Notes under the pieces: generated by a model
Told to the model about the DNA's origin: nothing
The model's database searches: none
The model's input: only the letters and a program-made list of their open reading frames with translations
Position numbers and translations under genes: made by a program
Source: Lama glama
Lineage: Eukaryota
NCBI GenBank assembly: GCA_028534125.1
Contig: CM052823.1
Location: forward strand, 12,028,001-12,092,000
DNA: 64,000 nucleotides
Direction: 5' to 3'
Part shown: positions 11,465 through 23,538 of the stretch, piece by piece
Layout of the letters: the number at the start of each line of letters is the position of its first letter
How positions within the stretch are numbered: position 1 is the first letter of the stretch

Positions 11465-12240
11465 ATGGCCTGAAGTCCATCCCATTTGGGTAGGAGGGAA
11501 CTTTGAGAAAAGAGTATAAAGTTGCAAATATGAAACCAGGGGTGGGGGTAAGTACAGCTCTGTGGTAGACCACATGCTTATCATGCACGATGTCCTGGGT
11601 TCAATTCCCAGTAGCTCCATTAATTAATTAATTAATTTTTTTTTTTTAAAAAACCAGGTATAAGAGAAAGAATTTATTTCAGATGATGAAAGAAAACACA
11701 AAGAAGTTTCTTATTAAAAAGCTGACTTCCCAAATGTCACACAGTCGAAATACAATCACATAGTATTATTGTCAATCAGCTGTTTAAGTGTGTCTGTGTT
11801 ACTTTTGTTCCTTCATTTTTTGGGCTGTACACTCTTTGATCAGTTCTTCATATGACAATGATTTTGGAATGGCATTTTCTCTCCAGAGAATAGCAAGATA
11901 AGTCACCCATTCCTCTAGCATGGTTGGTTGGGATTTGTTATTATTTTAAATTATTGATAGCTAAAAAAAACATTTTACCTTCACAATTGGCTATTGGCAA
12001 TGTCATGTCAATTTTTAGGATTACTGTCAAATTTGGGGAAACTGCTTTCAAGTTTCTTTTGATATATGAGCTATAAAGTTTCAGGGCATTAAAGGTTTTT
12101 TTTGTGCAGCGTCTAATCTTAAACACCAAAGACACTCATTCGACATGTTTCTGCGGTCCTTCCTGGGGCCATGGAAGGGGCCTGTGTGAGTGAGGGGTGC
12201 TGGGGTTTAAGCGTCAGCGCTTCATGGGAAATTCTCCTGT
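11465..12240 (-). mobile_element. MER115/Zaphod-like hAT-Tip100 element with fossil transposase C-terminus
   Basis: Minus strand translates to SPNLTVILKIDMTLPIANCE ... PTMLEEWVTYLAILWRENAIPKSLSYEELIKE (hAT dimerisation-domain-like, frameshifted). The end near 12240 resembles the Zaphod/MER115 terminus. Confidence 0.7.
11541..11650 (+). mobile_element. Camelid-type tRNA-derived SINE (Vic-1-like) with 8-bp TSD
   Basis: A box-like cagctctgtggtaga, B box ggttcaattcc, AT-rich tail; TSD aaaccagg at 11533-11540 and 11651-11658. Confidence 0.85.
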
Positions 12241-14984
12241 GAGTACTCAATAAGCATTACCTAGATCATATTTTAAATGCTAGATCATATTTTATTGCAT
12301 TTATTGACACTCATCTTTTTAATTTTAAAGTTTTAGATTTACTAAAGACTGAATTCTCATTGGCACTAAATAGAATCTTAATTTAGTTAAATTTGTGCAA
12401 CAGTCATTCACTCAGTATCATTTCTTGGCTGTCTACTTTGATCAGCCTACCTCACACTGATCGTTGGGAGCATTTGATGACATAAAGCAGGTGATACACA
12501 GCTCAGTGTCTTCATGTAGCAACTACGTAGCCACTGTGACCATCATTACCTGTCTATCAGCACCAGCTCTGCAGCTGGACACTTGGGGATATAAAGCTGA
12601 GATACTGTCCTTCTGGGTGGCTGGAATGCTCCCAGCTTCAGGTCAAACTCTGAGACCTGAGTGGGAGTCATGGTTTGTCTCAAGTTCTAGACAGAGATGG
12701 CTTCGCCTCTATCCATGAAATCTCTACAGTTAATCTCCACTCATGAATACTCCTTCCATCAACAATGCTCTATATTAATATGGCCACGTTTATACATGAA
12801 GCCATACTTTTAAAGTGCTCAATGGTAATGTTTAACTTCATTTTCTTCTCCAGATATTTTTAGTCCCATCAAGTCCAGTCACTGAATTTGTCAAAATGTA
12901 ATTTCCTCCATTTTGCAATGTTCAAGGCGGAAACATCCGTGGACAAGGAGTCAGGAAGTTGGATGTGCCACTAACTCTGCGTTGGGATGCTTTGGGTTGC
13001 AGAGGACAGAAAATCCAGCTCAGTGTCCAGAAAACAGAGGGAATGAGTTGGCTCGTGCACTGAGTCCTAGCTGGACTGGTCAACTCTTCAGCACCATCCA
13101 GGCCCCTGGAACTGATGATGGGGGCAGTCCCACCCAAACCACCAGGCTGGGAAATTTGGGGTGCTGTTGGGAGGGGAGAGGAGAGGAGACACCGGAGGGA
13201 AAACTGCGGTATGTGTTCTGACCCGTAGCCCGAAGTCATTTCACTTCTTTGGGCCTCAGCTGCCTCATTAAATTAGGGGCTTGTCGGAATCCATGAGTGA
13301 AGCATTTCCTATGGGTAACCTTGACAATTTTCTTTTCTTTTCACATTAATTGGTTTTTGTAATGAATAAACAAACCTTTGCTGGTCAATGATGTAAAGCT
13401 AAGCGTGTAATTAGTAAACAAATAGCTCTGTTTATGGTAAAGGATACGTCAGGACAGTCAGCCTTAGTAACTTGCTTCCTACCCCTGAGTTGTAGATTTT
13501 GATCTAGAGAAATGAGCAGTGGAGGATGTGAGGGAGGAGCCCCCCAAAACGGCGGGTAAAGCCTGCTCTGGCTTTGTGAAGCATGAGTTATGCATGGCAA
13601 ACGTAACTGGGTTGTTCATTCACAGAAGATCCGGGAAGGTCCAGGCATGGCTTATTTTTCTTACCGTAACCATTGGAGGCTCTGCTGGGATACTGGTATC
13701 ACAAAGAAGCCGAGAGAGACTTAATTTGGATTCAGAGGGAGCTGGTATTGGCAGAAGCCAGAGAGTGGCTCTAACAGGCAGCAGAATCAGATCCCTGTGG
13801 AGAGTTGAGGGTTTCTCAAGAATGAAACCACAGCCCTCAGCTTTCTCCTTCATCCACTTTTTACAGAGCCTTTGGCTGGTCTGCAGCCGAGACTCGAGTC
13901 GTGGCACCAGGAGAGCTTTCCAGGAAGCATCTGGGGGTGGTCCTGGGGGCACTAAGAGCTGTCTGGGGGTGCCACGGATGGGAAGACGGCGGGCTGCTGG
14001 AGATGGCGTTCAGCTCTAGGAGCGTGCATCCTCTCCGTCTCCACTGTCCGGGGCTGTGTGAAGACCCCGGGGACTGCGGGGCCTTGGGCTGCCTTAGTAG
14101 GGGAGTATTTCCTCCCCATCCAGGATATACAGGGAAAGGGTAACCTGACTGGTAGCACAGTCTGCATATTTTTATTGTGGCTGGCTAACTTTTGAATGTA
14201 TTTATAGAGTTGGCAAAAGTTGATCTGTGCTTTGATCTAATTCTCTGTAATACAGCTTTTGGAACATAGTTCTGGTGTGGTTGTCAGTGGTATTTCTAAA
14301 CTAGCAGGCAGTTACCACCTAGCCTTGTGTGCAAAGGGAAAGAGAAATGGTTCAAAATGGTTTCTAGTCAGATGTCCGTGCCTTGGCATCAGTAGCTTGA
14401 AGTGAAACGATCAGATCTGTATCCCCGAGGTTGTAGGATATTGAAAAAAGGTCATTTGTTGGATTGAGGGAGAGGACGGTGAGGACTGGAGAAAGAGCAG
14501 ACTGTTCTCTGAGTGGCCTACTGGGCACCTTCATAGCTGTTGTTCCTTCAGAGGGTCCATCCAGGTGGGAGGCGGGGGCAGACATGGAGTTTCAGGCCGA
14601 GCCTCTGCAGTTGTCAACTGTGATGAGTTTTTTCCCCCCAAATCATTGTGTTTTATGATTTAGACAGGAGCACTGTGCTAGCGTGTGCCCACTGCCCTGG
14701 ATCTTTCAGCATTTTGTAGATATGTTTGTCCGTTCATGAGATGACGTCCATTTCCGTGTTGAGTATCAGGAGCTAAGCCTGCGGAAGTAGAAAGGTTGTC
14801 TACGTTTAGTGGTCCATTTGAAAAATGCTCTGCAAAAACCAAATCAAAGAAACCCAAAAGCCTCTGACAAAGAAGCCCCGGAGGCAGACTGCAAGCAGCA
14901 AGTTATAGTCTGTGATCTTGGAGATTAGATACTGGATGGTGTGAATGGACAGGGGGGCGCAGTGTTCAGAGGACGGGCTCCTGC

Positions 14985-15200
14985 GGGCCAAGGAGACTTG
15001 GGGTCTTAACTTTTCATCTCGTCTCTTAGCGCCAGTTGTTGACACTGGCTGATGACATAACTCCTTTAAGCCTCGGCATCCTCATCTGGAAAGGAGGGTG
15101 ACAGCCCCCACCTGGTAAGGACAACAGAAGGATACAGTAAAGGGTGTAGGTAAAGCTTTGGCACGGAGCCTGGCCCGCAGGAGGCGTTAAGAGAGCTTTT
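14985..15200 (+). mobile_element. MIR SINE
   Basis: taactcctttaagcctcggcatcctcatctggaaa...taaagctttggcacggagcctggc. Confidence 0.65.
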
Positions 15201-17013
15201 GTTCTGTATGTTGTGTGATTCCTTGGACTGCAGTCCCTGGGTAGTTGGGGCTCATTGTTTTGGCTTTTGTTGTTTGGTGCCTTGAACATCCTCAAGCAAA
15301 GCTGACATTACCCTTGGTCCTCCCAGGACAGTTAGGAGTAAGGTCATGTCAGGATGGCCTTTGGACAAGCTGGGTTTCCCACCAATAAAGGGAGAGGTGG
15401 GCTCTTGTCAGACAAGTTACAAACGAAGGACCCCTTGTGGCTTGGCTTCAAAGCAGTATTTTGTCCCCACCCTGCCACAGAGAGGTGACAGGAATCTAGT
15501 TAGTGGAGAGTTGTGGAGAAGCTGAGACTGCAGCGGGATGCCATTTTAAACCTCTCCATTTCTTTGCTTGGACTTGGGTTCTTACATGTTGTTTTATCAG
15601 AAAAACAACAGCAGCAAATCTGCAAGAACTCCTTTTGCACAGAGGGCCGAAAGAGAGCCTTCTTACTAGATACAGAAACGTGGAGAAAAAAACATGCAAA
15701 ACACGTGAAGACCAACCAGATTGCTGTCGGTAGGTGGCAAAGGACTTTGCTATCAATATTGCAGGACTCCTCTTCCTCTACTTAAAAGAAAAATTGCTTC
15801 GCATTTCAGAATGTAGCAGAAATGGCTGGACAAGTCTTTAGTTCTTGTGCAAGAAACTGAAAACAATGGGAAAGATTTTCCTTAAATGGAGACAGAGTTT
15901 GGCCCTGTCTCAGGTGGAAGCAAAAGCCCGGGTCTGAATTTTTCTTCCATGCATTTCCTCTCCTGCATTAGGCAAGAAACCCCCCCATCCAAGACCAGGC
16001 AATCATTCATTTTCTCCCCTGAATCTCGAGGCATGTGCAGGGCACCACTCGGCTTCAGACCTTTCTGCTTTCGCTTTTGGTTAGTCAGAACCTCCATCTG
16101 GCGGTATTTGAATATGAGTGTTTTCTGTGGCTTTTCTGTGGCTCCTTTTCAAAGTATTCAAAGCAGCTTAAAAAATACATAATGTTCAGCGATCTGACCA
16201 AGAACTAATGTAAGTACTTATTTGGGGACTTTTTTTTTTTTAATCTATTAGACAGATTTAAAACACTTTAACTCTTACTACGTCTTTGGAATAGATTCTA
16301 AGATTTAAAAAAGGTCTGAAAAAAGTAGGACTACTTCTCCACAGTCATAGTGCTTTTTGTGGTGACAGTAGTTGCAAATAGCACAGTTTGTGAAAAACAG
16401 AAGAGCTAAAATTCTTTATTTAATATTAAACAGGAAACTGAAAGCAGTCTGCAGAGATGTGGTGGGTTTCCAACAAACCTGCTGCTGCGGTGATCTGGGC
16501 TGAAAAGTGACATAAGACATTTCCCCTTTTATGCTGTTAAGATGGTGTGTTTTCATGAAAATCTCAACGAAAACATGACCATTGGAAGCAGGTTCCATCC
16601 TGTAAGGTTTTAAAGCAACCCGTTTCCACTAGAACCTGAGGAAATTTGGAAGCGAATTGTAAACCTCTCAAAGAGTGGAAAATGTACTTTTGTTTTGCCT
16701 TTGTGCTGCGCTGTCACTCACCCAACATGTGCATATGAATATTCTTTCCGAAGACCTGGGCTTCATTTTAAGGTCAGCCTTCAATTTTGAGAGAATATAA
16801 TTTGCTGCTATTTTTAGAGCATCATGATTGCTCGTAATAACTAATGGAAAAAACTCAACAGAGAAATAAATGTGTAACAGCTGTGTCTGCTTAAACTTGA
16901 TTAAAGGCAGCTAAAAAAAAAAGTAAACAGAAGAATGAATGTGACAATAGACGGAGGGAGAGACAAGTATCCCCTTCATTGTAAGAAGTTTTACAGACAT
17001 AACTCGTTCTGCT

Positions 17014-17193
17014 NNNNNNNNNNNNNNNNNNNNNNNNNNNNNNNNNNNNNNNNNNNNNNNNNNNNNNNNNNNNNNNNNNNNNNNNNNNNNNNNNNNNNNN
17101 NNNNNNNNNNNNNNNNNNNNNNNNNNNNNNNNNNNNNNNNNNNNNNNNNNNNNNNNNNNNNNNNNNNNNNNNNNNNNNNNNNNNNNNNNNNNN
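17014..17193. other. Assembly gap (N run)
   Basis: 180 N. Other gaps: 22770-22912, 27372-27647, 29282-29421, 31460-31791, 59740-59878. Confidence 0.99.
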
Positions 17194-19404
17194 CAGTTTG
17201 GCAGTTGGCTGCCTTGTTTTCGGGCAGCCTGCTCCCTGTTCAGGTCTGCGTTGCTTTTGTGTTTCATTGAAACCTTCCCCTTCTACCCCTGTGCCGGCCC
17301 AGGGACTCTCACATTTCAGATGCCTTTTGCACCCCCAGTTTAAATGAGTTTTTCGGGGCTTAAAAAAAAATCTTTCAGCTGTGTCTGCCAGAGAGAATGA
17401 AGTGGATGGAGTGAGCTTTTTTCCCTAGCAACTGCTGTGTATTGTCCCTTTTGTGCTTGGCTTGTCCTTCCACAGCAGCAAGCTAGGGGGTCCTTGTGGG
17501 CGGCTGAGCGGCTCGTGCACGGGGTGGCAGGGGATGGCCCTGGAGCTTGGAGGAAGACGGGTTGTGTCGGAGTAGGTCTGCATTGTTATAGTCCGGAACA
17601 TCAACCTGGTGTGGGTGTGCAAGTGGATGAGAAACTTACTCCGGCAAATCTGCCAGGCCAGACTTCCAGGACCAAAGAGAAGCACGATTTTCCAACAAAG
17701 GGGTGGACAAGATGACCTTTCAGGAGCCCAGCCAACTGAAGGGTCCCAGTGTTACTGAGAATGGCCATCTCTGCGTCTTCCCTGTCTAGATCATTAAGCA
17801 AAAGCAGACGGTTGTAGCTGCCTCCTCACCATGCCCTTGGAGACTTGCCCGCGAGGTTGGGAGGTAGGGAAGCATGGGCGCACTAATAGTAGGTGGGGTT
17901 TCTTTGGAACGGATATCATGATGTTCATCCCTCCCTTTGAACCTGGCCTGGGCAGACTCCGGAGAGCTCTGACGTCCACTCACTGGGAGTAGACTCCATC
18001 CGGAAGGCCAGGGCTCTGTGGCACGCCCACTTTGGCCCTCGGGTGGCCTCCGCTGCACTTCTGGTGCATGGATGCTTGCCCAGGGGGAGTCTTAGCCAAC
18101 CACGGGGACCCCTGTGCTGAGGTCTCTTTGACGTTAGCTGTGAGCAACAGGCATTGATGGCTGCCATCACCAACGTGGGCAGCACCCCCTTCCGGGTTCC
18201 ATATTGTTAGACAGCTGGCCCAGCACTGTGTGAGGCATGGGAGGAAAGATGCTCAGTATTCCTCTCCAGAAGAAATGCCAACTTAAAAAGGACGCCTGGC
18301 TGTTTAGGGGCCAGCTCTTTGGAGCCAGTCAGAGTCATGTGTATTTGAGTACAGAGAAATGGGGTGCTGTTGATCACACCCACAAAGAGACAGCCATCCC
18401 TTTGGCCACTTCCTTCCCAGCCCCCACCCCTTCTGAGAAGGATCCCTCACATGTACTCATGCCTCACAGTTTATGGGCACGTTTTGCTTGCCTCTGAATC
18501 ACAATACTAAGGTGCAAGAGATGCCATTTTTGGAAGGCGCAGGGGTTTCAAAACAGAAAGTGCTGGTGAGTTGCACTGCCCAGTAGGGGAGAAGAGACAT
18601 CAGGTTTGGCTGTCGTAATAAATTGGGCAAGTTGCTAATCTCCGAAAAAGAACTTTGTACGGTGGGGAAACATGTTGGTAATATTTTTAATCTATGTCAC
18701 ATTTCCCAGAAAGTTCATCGAATGCAGAGCTCTGACTTTGTTTTAAAAAGACGATGTGAGGGAGAAGAATTGATTGTTTTCTTTCACGTCCCTCTGAAAA
18801 AGTAAAATGAGAGAAGTTATTTCTTGGCATGGTGAAGACTTTGGCAGACACAGTCACCGAAGCCCATGAGACTGGTACTCTGTGTACTTGCTGAAGAGAG
18901 GAAAACAATAAATGCTCTTAAAAACTCTGGAGGAGGAAGAGGTTGAGGATGCTACTTTTCTTTCATTAATTTCTATAGTTATTAGATACCATTTTGAAAG
19001 AGGGATAAAAAAGGAGCATTCACCCCCACCCCCGCTAAGTGACTGATATTTTTGATTTCCAGTACGCCACAGGCTCTGAGCAGAGAAGCAGAAGAAGGGT
19101 GCTTGCCTCTCAAGGCACGTACGATCTGTTTGACACTCAGTAGCTAGCTGATTTATTTCTGATGACAAAGGTATACCATACCATATTGATTATGACATGG
19201 AAGCTGAACTTTGCTGATGGTGATTGTTTCTGCTGTTTCGGCAAGTAGTCCCTTTTTACTCCAAGTCCCTTTTCCCTTCCATCTCTTGGTCATAATTCTT
19301 CCTCTCTTCACATCCTTGACCCCTAAGAGGTTCTTTAAGATGAAACCAAATGCTCTGGATTGATCCGAAGCTTCCCTTGGTTCTTACCTGGAACATGGCT
19401 CCAA

Positions 19405-19615
19405 ACTCTGGAGCCAGACTCTGTGGATTCAAATCCCAGCCCTATCACTTACAAGCTGTGTGACCTTGGGCAGGTGGCTAAACCTCTCTGTGCCTTAGGT
19501 TTATAAGATGGGCGTACTAATAGTACCTATCTCACACGGTTAATGTGAGGCTGAAAGAGTGAGTATTTGCAAAGCCCTGGAACCCTCACTGGCGCTGAAT
19601 ATGCTGCTATTTAGA
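19405..19615 (+). mobile_element. MIR SINE
   Basis: ctggagccagactctgtggattcaaatcccagccctatcacttacaagctgtgtgaccttgggcaggtggctaaacctctctgtgcct. Confidence 0.85.
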
Positions 19616-19628
19616 TGACTGTTACATA

Positions 19629-20290
19629 CAACTGACCTTCACTAATCATGGGTTTCATATTTGCAGATTCTCCTACTTGTAGCATTTATTTGGAATCACA
19701 AAATCAATAACTGTGGGGACCTCGTGGTCATTCGTGGACATGCACAGAGTAGCAGCAAATTTGAGTCACCCCACACACATTCCCAGCTGAGACGGAACAA
19801 AGTCTCTCTTTGCCTGTTTCAGCCCTCACACTGTAAACAAGTGCCCTTTTTGCTGTCTGTTTAGTGTCACGTTTGTGGGGGTACTTTTGGTTGGTGATTT
19901 TGCTGTTTAAAATGGCACCCAGTCACAGTGCTGAAGCACTGTCTTGTGTTCCTACGTGCCAGAAACTGATTGTGTGCGGAGAAAAGACCAGCTTTCTTGT
20001 GTTTGATAAGCTTCCTTCAGACATGTGTCACAGTGCTGTCGGCCATGAGCTCAATGTTAACGAATTAACAAAATATATTAAATAAGGTATCTTTAAGTGG
20101 AAACAGAGAAAATGAGGTAACGAATTGATCAGATGAGTTGATCGATGAATTGATCATGAAAATGTTGTGACCAGTGGCTTGCAGGAACCTAACCTGATAC
20201 TTCCCCTGGGAGCGGTGGTTCAGCATTGCTAGTTCAGTATTTATGGAGACTTCATAGAACGCAACTCCCACAAGGAACGAGAACTGACTG
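19629..20290 (+). mobile_element. MER82 (TcMar-Tigger), essentially full length
   Basis: TA target sites at 19627-19628 and 20291-20292; degenerate TIRs caactgacc / gaactgactg; internal sequence follows the MER82 consensus as recalled. Confidence 0.85.
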
Positions 20291-21229
20291 TAGGTAAATG
20301 GAATCCAAGAGCTCAGAGGGGCAGCCTCTTTTAGGACAAACTTCTGACTGCAGGGAGGATCCCTGGCAGGGCAGGGGAAGCAGTAGTTCTGCCCAGGAAG
20401 AGTGCCTCAGCTGCGCACAGATTTTCTATCAGATCTGGAAAAAAAAAAAAAAAGATGTAACCACCTTTGGTCTCTTAGAAGCATAAGTTGTTACAGAAGA
20501 TTCATCTGGAAACAGAGAGTAAATGTTCCTCCTCCCTCACAAATTCTTAATTCAAGAGTATTTTCTTTGTATCTTTGAACCTACATAAGAGTTTGAAGAA
20601 AATGTTTGATACTCAAAACTAGTAAACTGAAAGCTTTCCCACAAGCAGACAATAGAATAGACCCCGCTACGCAGGGTGCAACGTTTGTTACACTCAGCAA
20701 TTCTCTTGTTTGCTTGGAGCACCAGCCTTTGCAGAAGGGGATCATTTTATCCCTTCTGATTGAAAAGATCACAGAATGCTGCAGTTTGGTGAAAAGCTTT
20801 GCCAACATATCCATCTTCCCCCAGACTCTTACTTTATGAAATGTTTGCAAATTGTTTCACACATACAAGTATATGAGAATGTGAAAGTGATTCAGAAAAG
20901 GGAAAGCTTCACTTACAATGCCTGGAAAATGCAGATAGAAGGGAACATGGGTGACTGTGGCCCATATAGTTTAACAACATGCCTCTAGCCTGTTATTCTG
21001 GCAATCTCCAAGTTCCCACGATTTTGAACAATGTCTCAACAAACACTGTCCTGAAAACATTGTCGCATATTTCAGTGCATTCACTCAATACACTGATTGT
21101 CTTCTGTGCCCGTCGGACACTGGGGTAACTGCTCGTGTACAGGGCTGAATAAAACATGCGTGAATCCTGGTTTCATGGAGCTTATGCTCTCATGGGGTCA
21201 GGCAGTCTGGAGGGGAAGTTTACTGTCTT

Positions 21230-21715
21230 GTTAAGGCATCTCCTTAGGATAGATTCCTAGAAGCTGGACATTTAGAGACCGTGGCCATTTGCCCTTAAGT
21301 TTTAATTCAATTCACCGGACCTCTTAAATAGTTGTACCAAGTCAAGTTCCTCTGACACCCACACCAGCATTGGTGTGGTTATTCTTTTCAAGTCTGTGCC
21401 AATCTGATAGATGAAATGAGATAATCACAATTGCTTGAATTGGCATTTCTGTGATTTTGTAGTGAGTCTGAGCATCTTTTCACAGGTAGATTGCCATTGT
21501 TTTGTTTCTCCTTTTGTGCATATGCCCCTTTTCTCACTAGGGTGATAATTTTCTCCTTGAGTTGTCAAGAGTTATACATTTAAAATAACAACCCTTTTGC
21601 ATATGTATGCCAAATAATTCCTCATGTTTTTGTCTTTGAACTTGACTTATGACCTTTGGTCCTACACACACATTTTAAGTTGTTATGCAGTCAAATATGT
21701 CAATATTTTCCTTTT
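21230..21715 (-). mobile_element. Old L1M fragment
   Basis: ggatagattcctagaagctgg...gccaatctgatagatgaaa...gagcatcttttcacagg...gcagtcaaatatgtcaatattttcc. Confidence 0.6.
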
Positions 21716-21719
21716 GATT

Positions 21720-21960
21720 TATTTACTTAACAAACATAGCACTAAGTGCCAGGGCACTGTTATATGTGTTCTACAAATATTCATTCATTTAATCTTCATC
21801 ACAACCCTATGAAGTGGGTCTTGCTTATATTCTTCTTTCTCCTCTTTTTAAGAGGAAGAAAGTAGCTAGAGAGAAAGAAGTACCCTGATTAAGGTTACCC
21901 AGCTCGGTGAAGTGAGAGTTAGAACCTGGCCCCAGGTTCTTGCACTGGCCATGAAGCTAC
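21720..21960 (-). mobile_element. MIR SINE
   Basis: agcactaagtgccagggcactgtt...cattcatttaatcttcatcacaaccctatgaagtggg. Confidence 0.7.
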
Positions 21961-22039
21961 AGCACCTCTGGTCTTGACATTGGGCTCTGTGTGTGTGTGT
22001 ATCTGTGGTTGCTTCATAAATGCTAAGTCTCCACCATCC

Positions 22040-22160
22040 CTGAGGGCGAGTGCCACATGTTTTATTTCTCCTGGTTCCTTCCCAGTGCCCTCCACACAGT
22101 ACTGGGCAGAGTGTAGCTAGATGCTTAATAAATGTCTGTTGACTAAATGAATTGACTAAA
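22040..22160 (+). mobile_element. L2 LINE 3' end
   Basis: cccagtgccctccacacagtactgggcagagtgtagctagatgcttaataaatgtctgttgactaaatgaattga. Confidence 0.7.
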
Positions 22161-23268
22161 TCTGGATTCTGGATCATCAGCGCTCACTTGTGTTTGTGCT
22201 CAAAGAGGAGTTGACAGGTTCTATATTTTCCATTTTGCCTCCAGCAGGCAACGTGGGTTTAGGTGGGGCACCTGAGCTAATGAACTGCCCTCCACCAGTT
22301 CAGCTGTACTTACCCTCGCTTCACAGCCCTCCTTCCCTCTTCAAGTAAGCCTCCTGGCTCTAGTTCCTGCCGGAGAAATTCTAATAAACCCTTTCCCAGG
22401 CTCCACCCTTCAGAACCTGTCCTGTGAACACCAGGAACGCACAAGAGGAAAAGCCCAAGGGGGATGACTGGAAAGCCGAAGGATGCTTGACCAAACCTTG
22501 AAACTCACAAAGAGATGGAGGGTCTACCGGCTGTGGTCCTGGGTCCTCTTCCTTCTGCACAGGGGGGAAGGAAGTGAGGAACTATTTTACTATTACAGGT
22601 GGAATTCTCACATGTTACCTCAAAGAGACAGTCAACTCACGATTAAGGAGTTATCTTTGACCATAATCTCTCCTTTCCTTCTCATATTCAATCATTTAAT
22701 AGAGCCTCTTGGTTCTTCTTTTGAAGCCTCTCGTGCATTCATTTTTTCCAGTCTCACTGACTATTCTCTNNNNNNNNNNNNNNNNNNNNNNNNNNNNNNN
22801 NNNNNNNNNNNNNNNNNNNNNNNNNNNNNNNNNNNNNNNNNNNNNNNNNNNNNNNNNNNNNNNNNNNNNNNNNNNNNNNNNNNNNNNNNNNNNNNNNNNN
22901 NNNNNNNNNNNNCGGAGGCCCTAAAAGTCATTCTGATGCATATTCAAGTGTGAGAACCACTGCTCTAACGGAACCCCCTTTATCATTAGAACGTTATAAA
23001 CGTGTTGGGTGCTCGTTATAGACAATTTGGAAAATATAGACAAGTATGAAAGAAGCAGGCAAAAAAATTACCCCATAACTCTGTCACTAAAAATGAAACA
23101 TTAGTTTAATATTTTTACATTTTTTTCTTATTTAAAAAAGATAATCTTTATTCCTTTTTGTATGGATTACTGCAGTGCTTTCTGAGTGGTTCTGTCTGCT
23201 TTGGGCCTTCCATTTCCTTCCTTCCTCTCCCAAAACTCATGGTGGATCCATGAGCCCATTCTTCTTTT

Positions 23269-23538
23269 TTTAAAAAATTGAAATATATTTGACATATAAC
23301 ATTGTGTAAATTTAAGGTGTGCAGCGTATTGATTTGATACATTTATACTGAAATATGATCACCATTGTAGCATTAGCTAATACCACTATTGTGCCACGTA
23401 ATTATCACTTCTTCTAGTGTTGGGAATAATTAAGATCTAGTCACTTAACAAGTTTAATGCTTATAATACAGTTTTGTTGTCTCTAATTACCGTACTGTGT
23501 ATTAGGGCTCCAGGATTTATTTATCTACAAGTTGCAAG
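23269..23538 (-). mobile_element. 5'-truncated L1 (L1MA9-like 3' end) with 13-bp TSD
   Basis: ttgaaatatatttgacatataacattgtgtaaatttaaggtgt... L1 3' end; TSD ccattcttctttt at 23256-23268 and 23539-23551. Confidence 0.85.

Noticed and set aside
11941-12135. 64-aa ORF resembling a hAT transposase/ZBED-type protein
   Set aside because: Frameshifted and degenerate; part of an old non-autonomous element.
13519-14019. 166-aa ORF and other 100-190 aa ORFs in upstream and intronic DNA (e.g. 34119-34679, 51813-52358)
   Set aside because: No recognisable domains or splice context, mostly non-ATG starts, and lengths within chance expectation for 64 kb.
16911-17270. ORFs spanning N runs (also near 22.5, 29.2, 31.3 and 59.6 kb)
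   Set aside because: Their length is an artefact of translating Ns.
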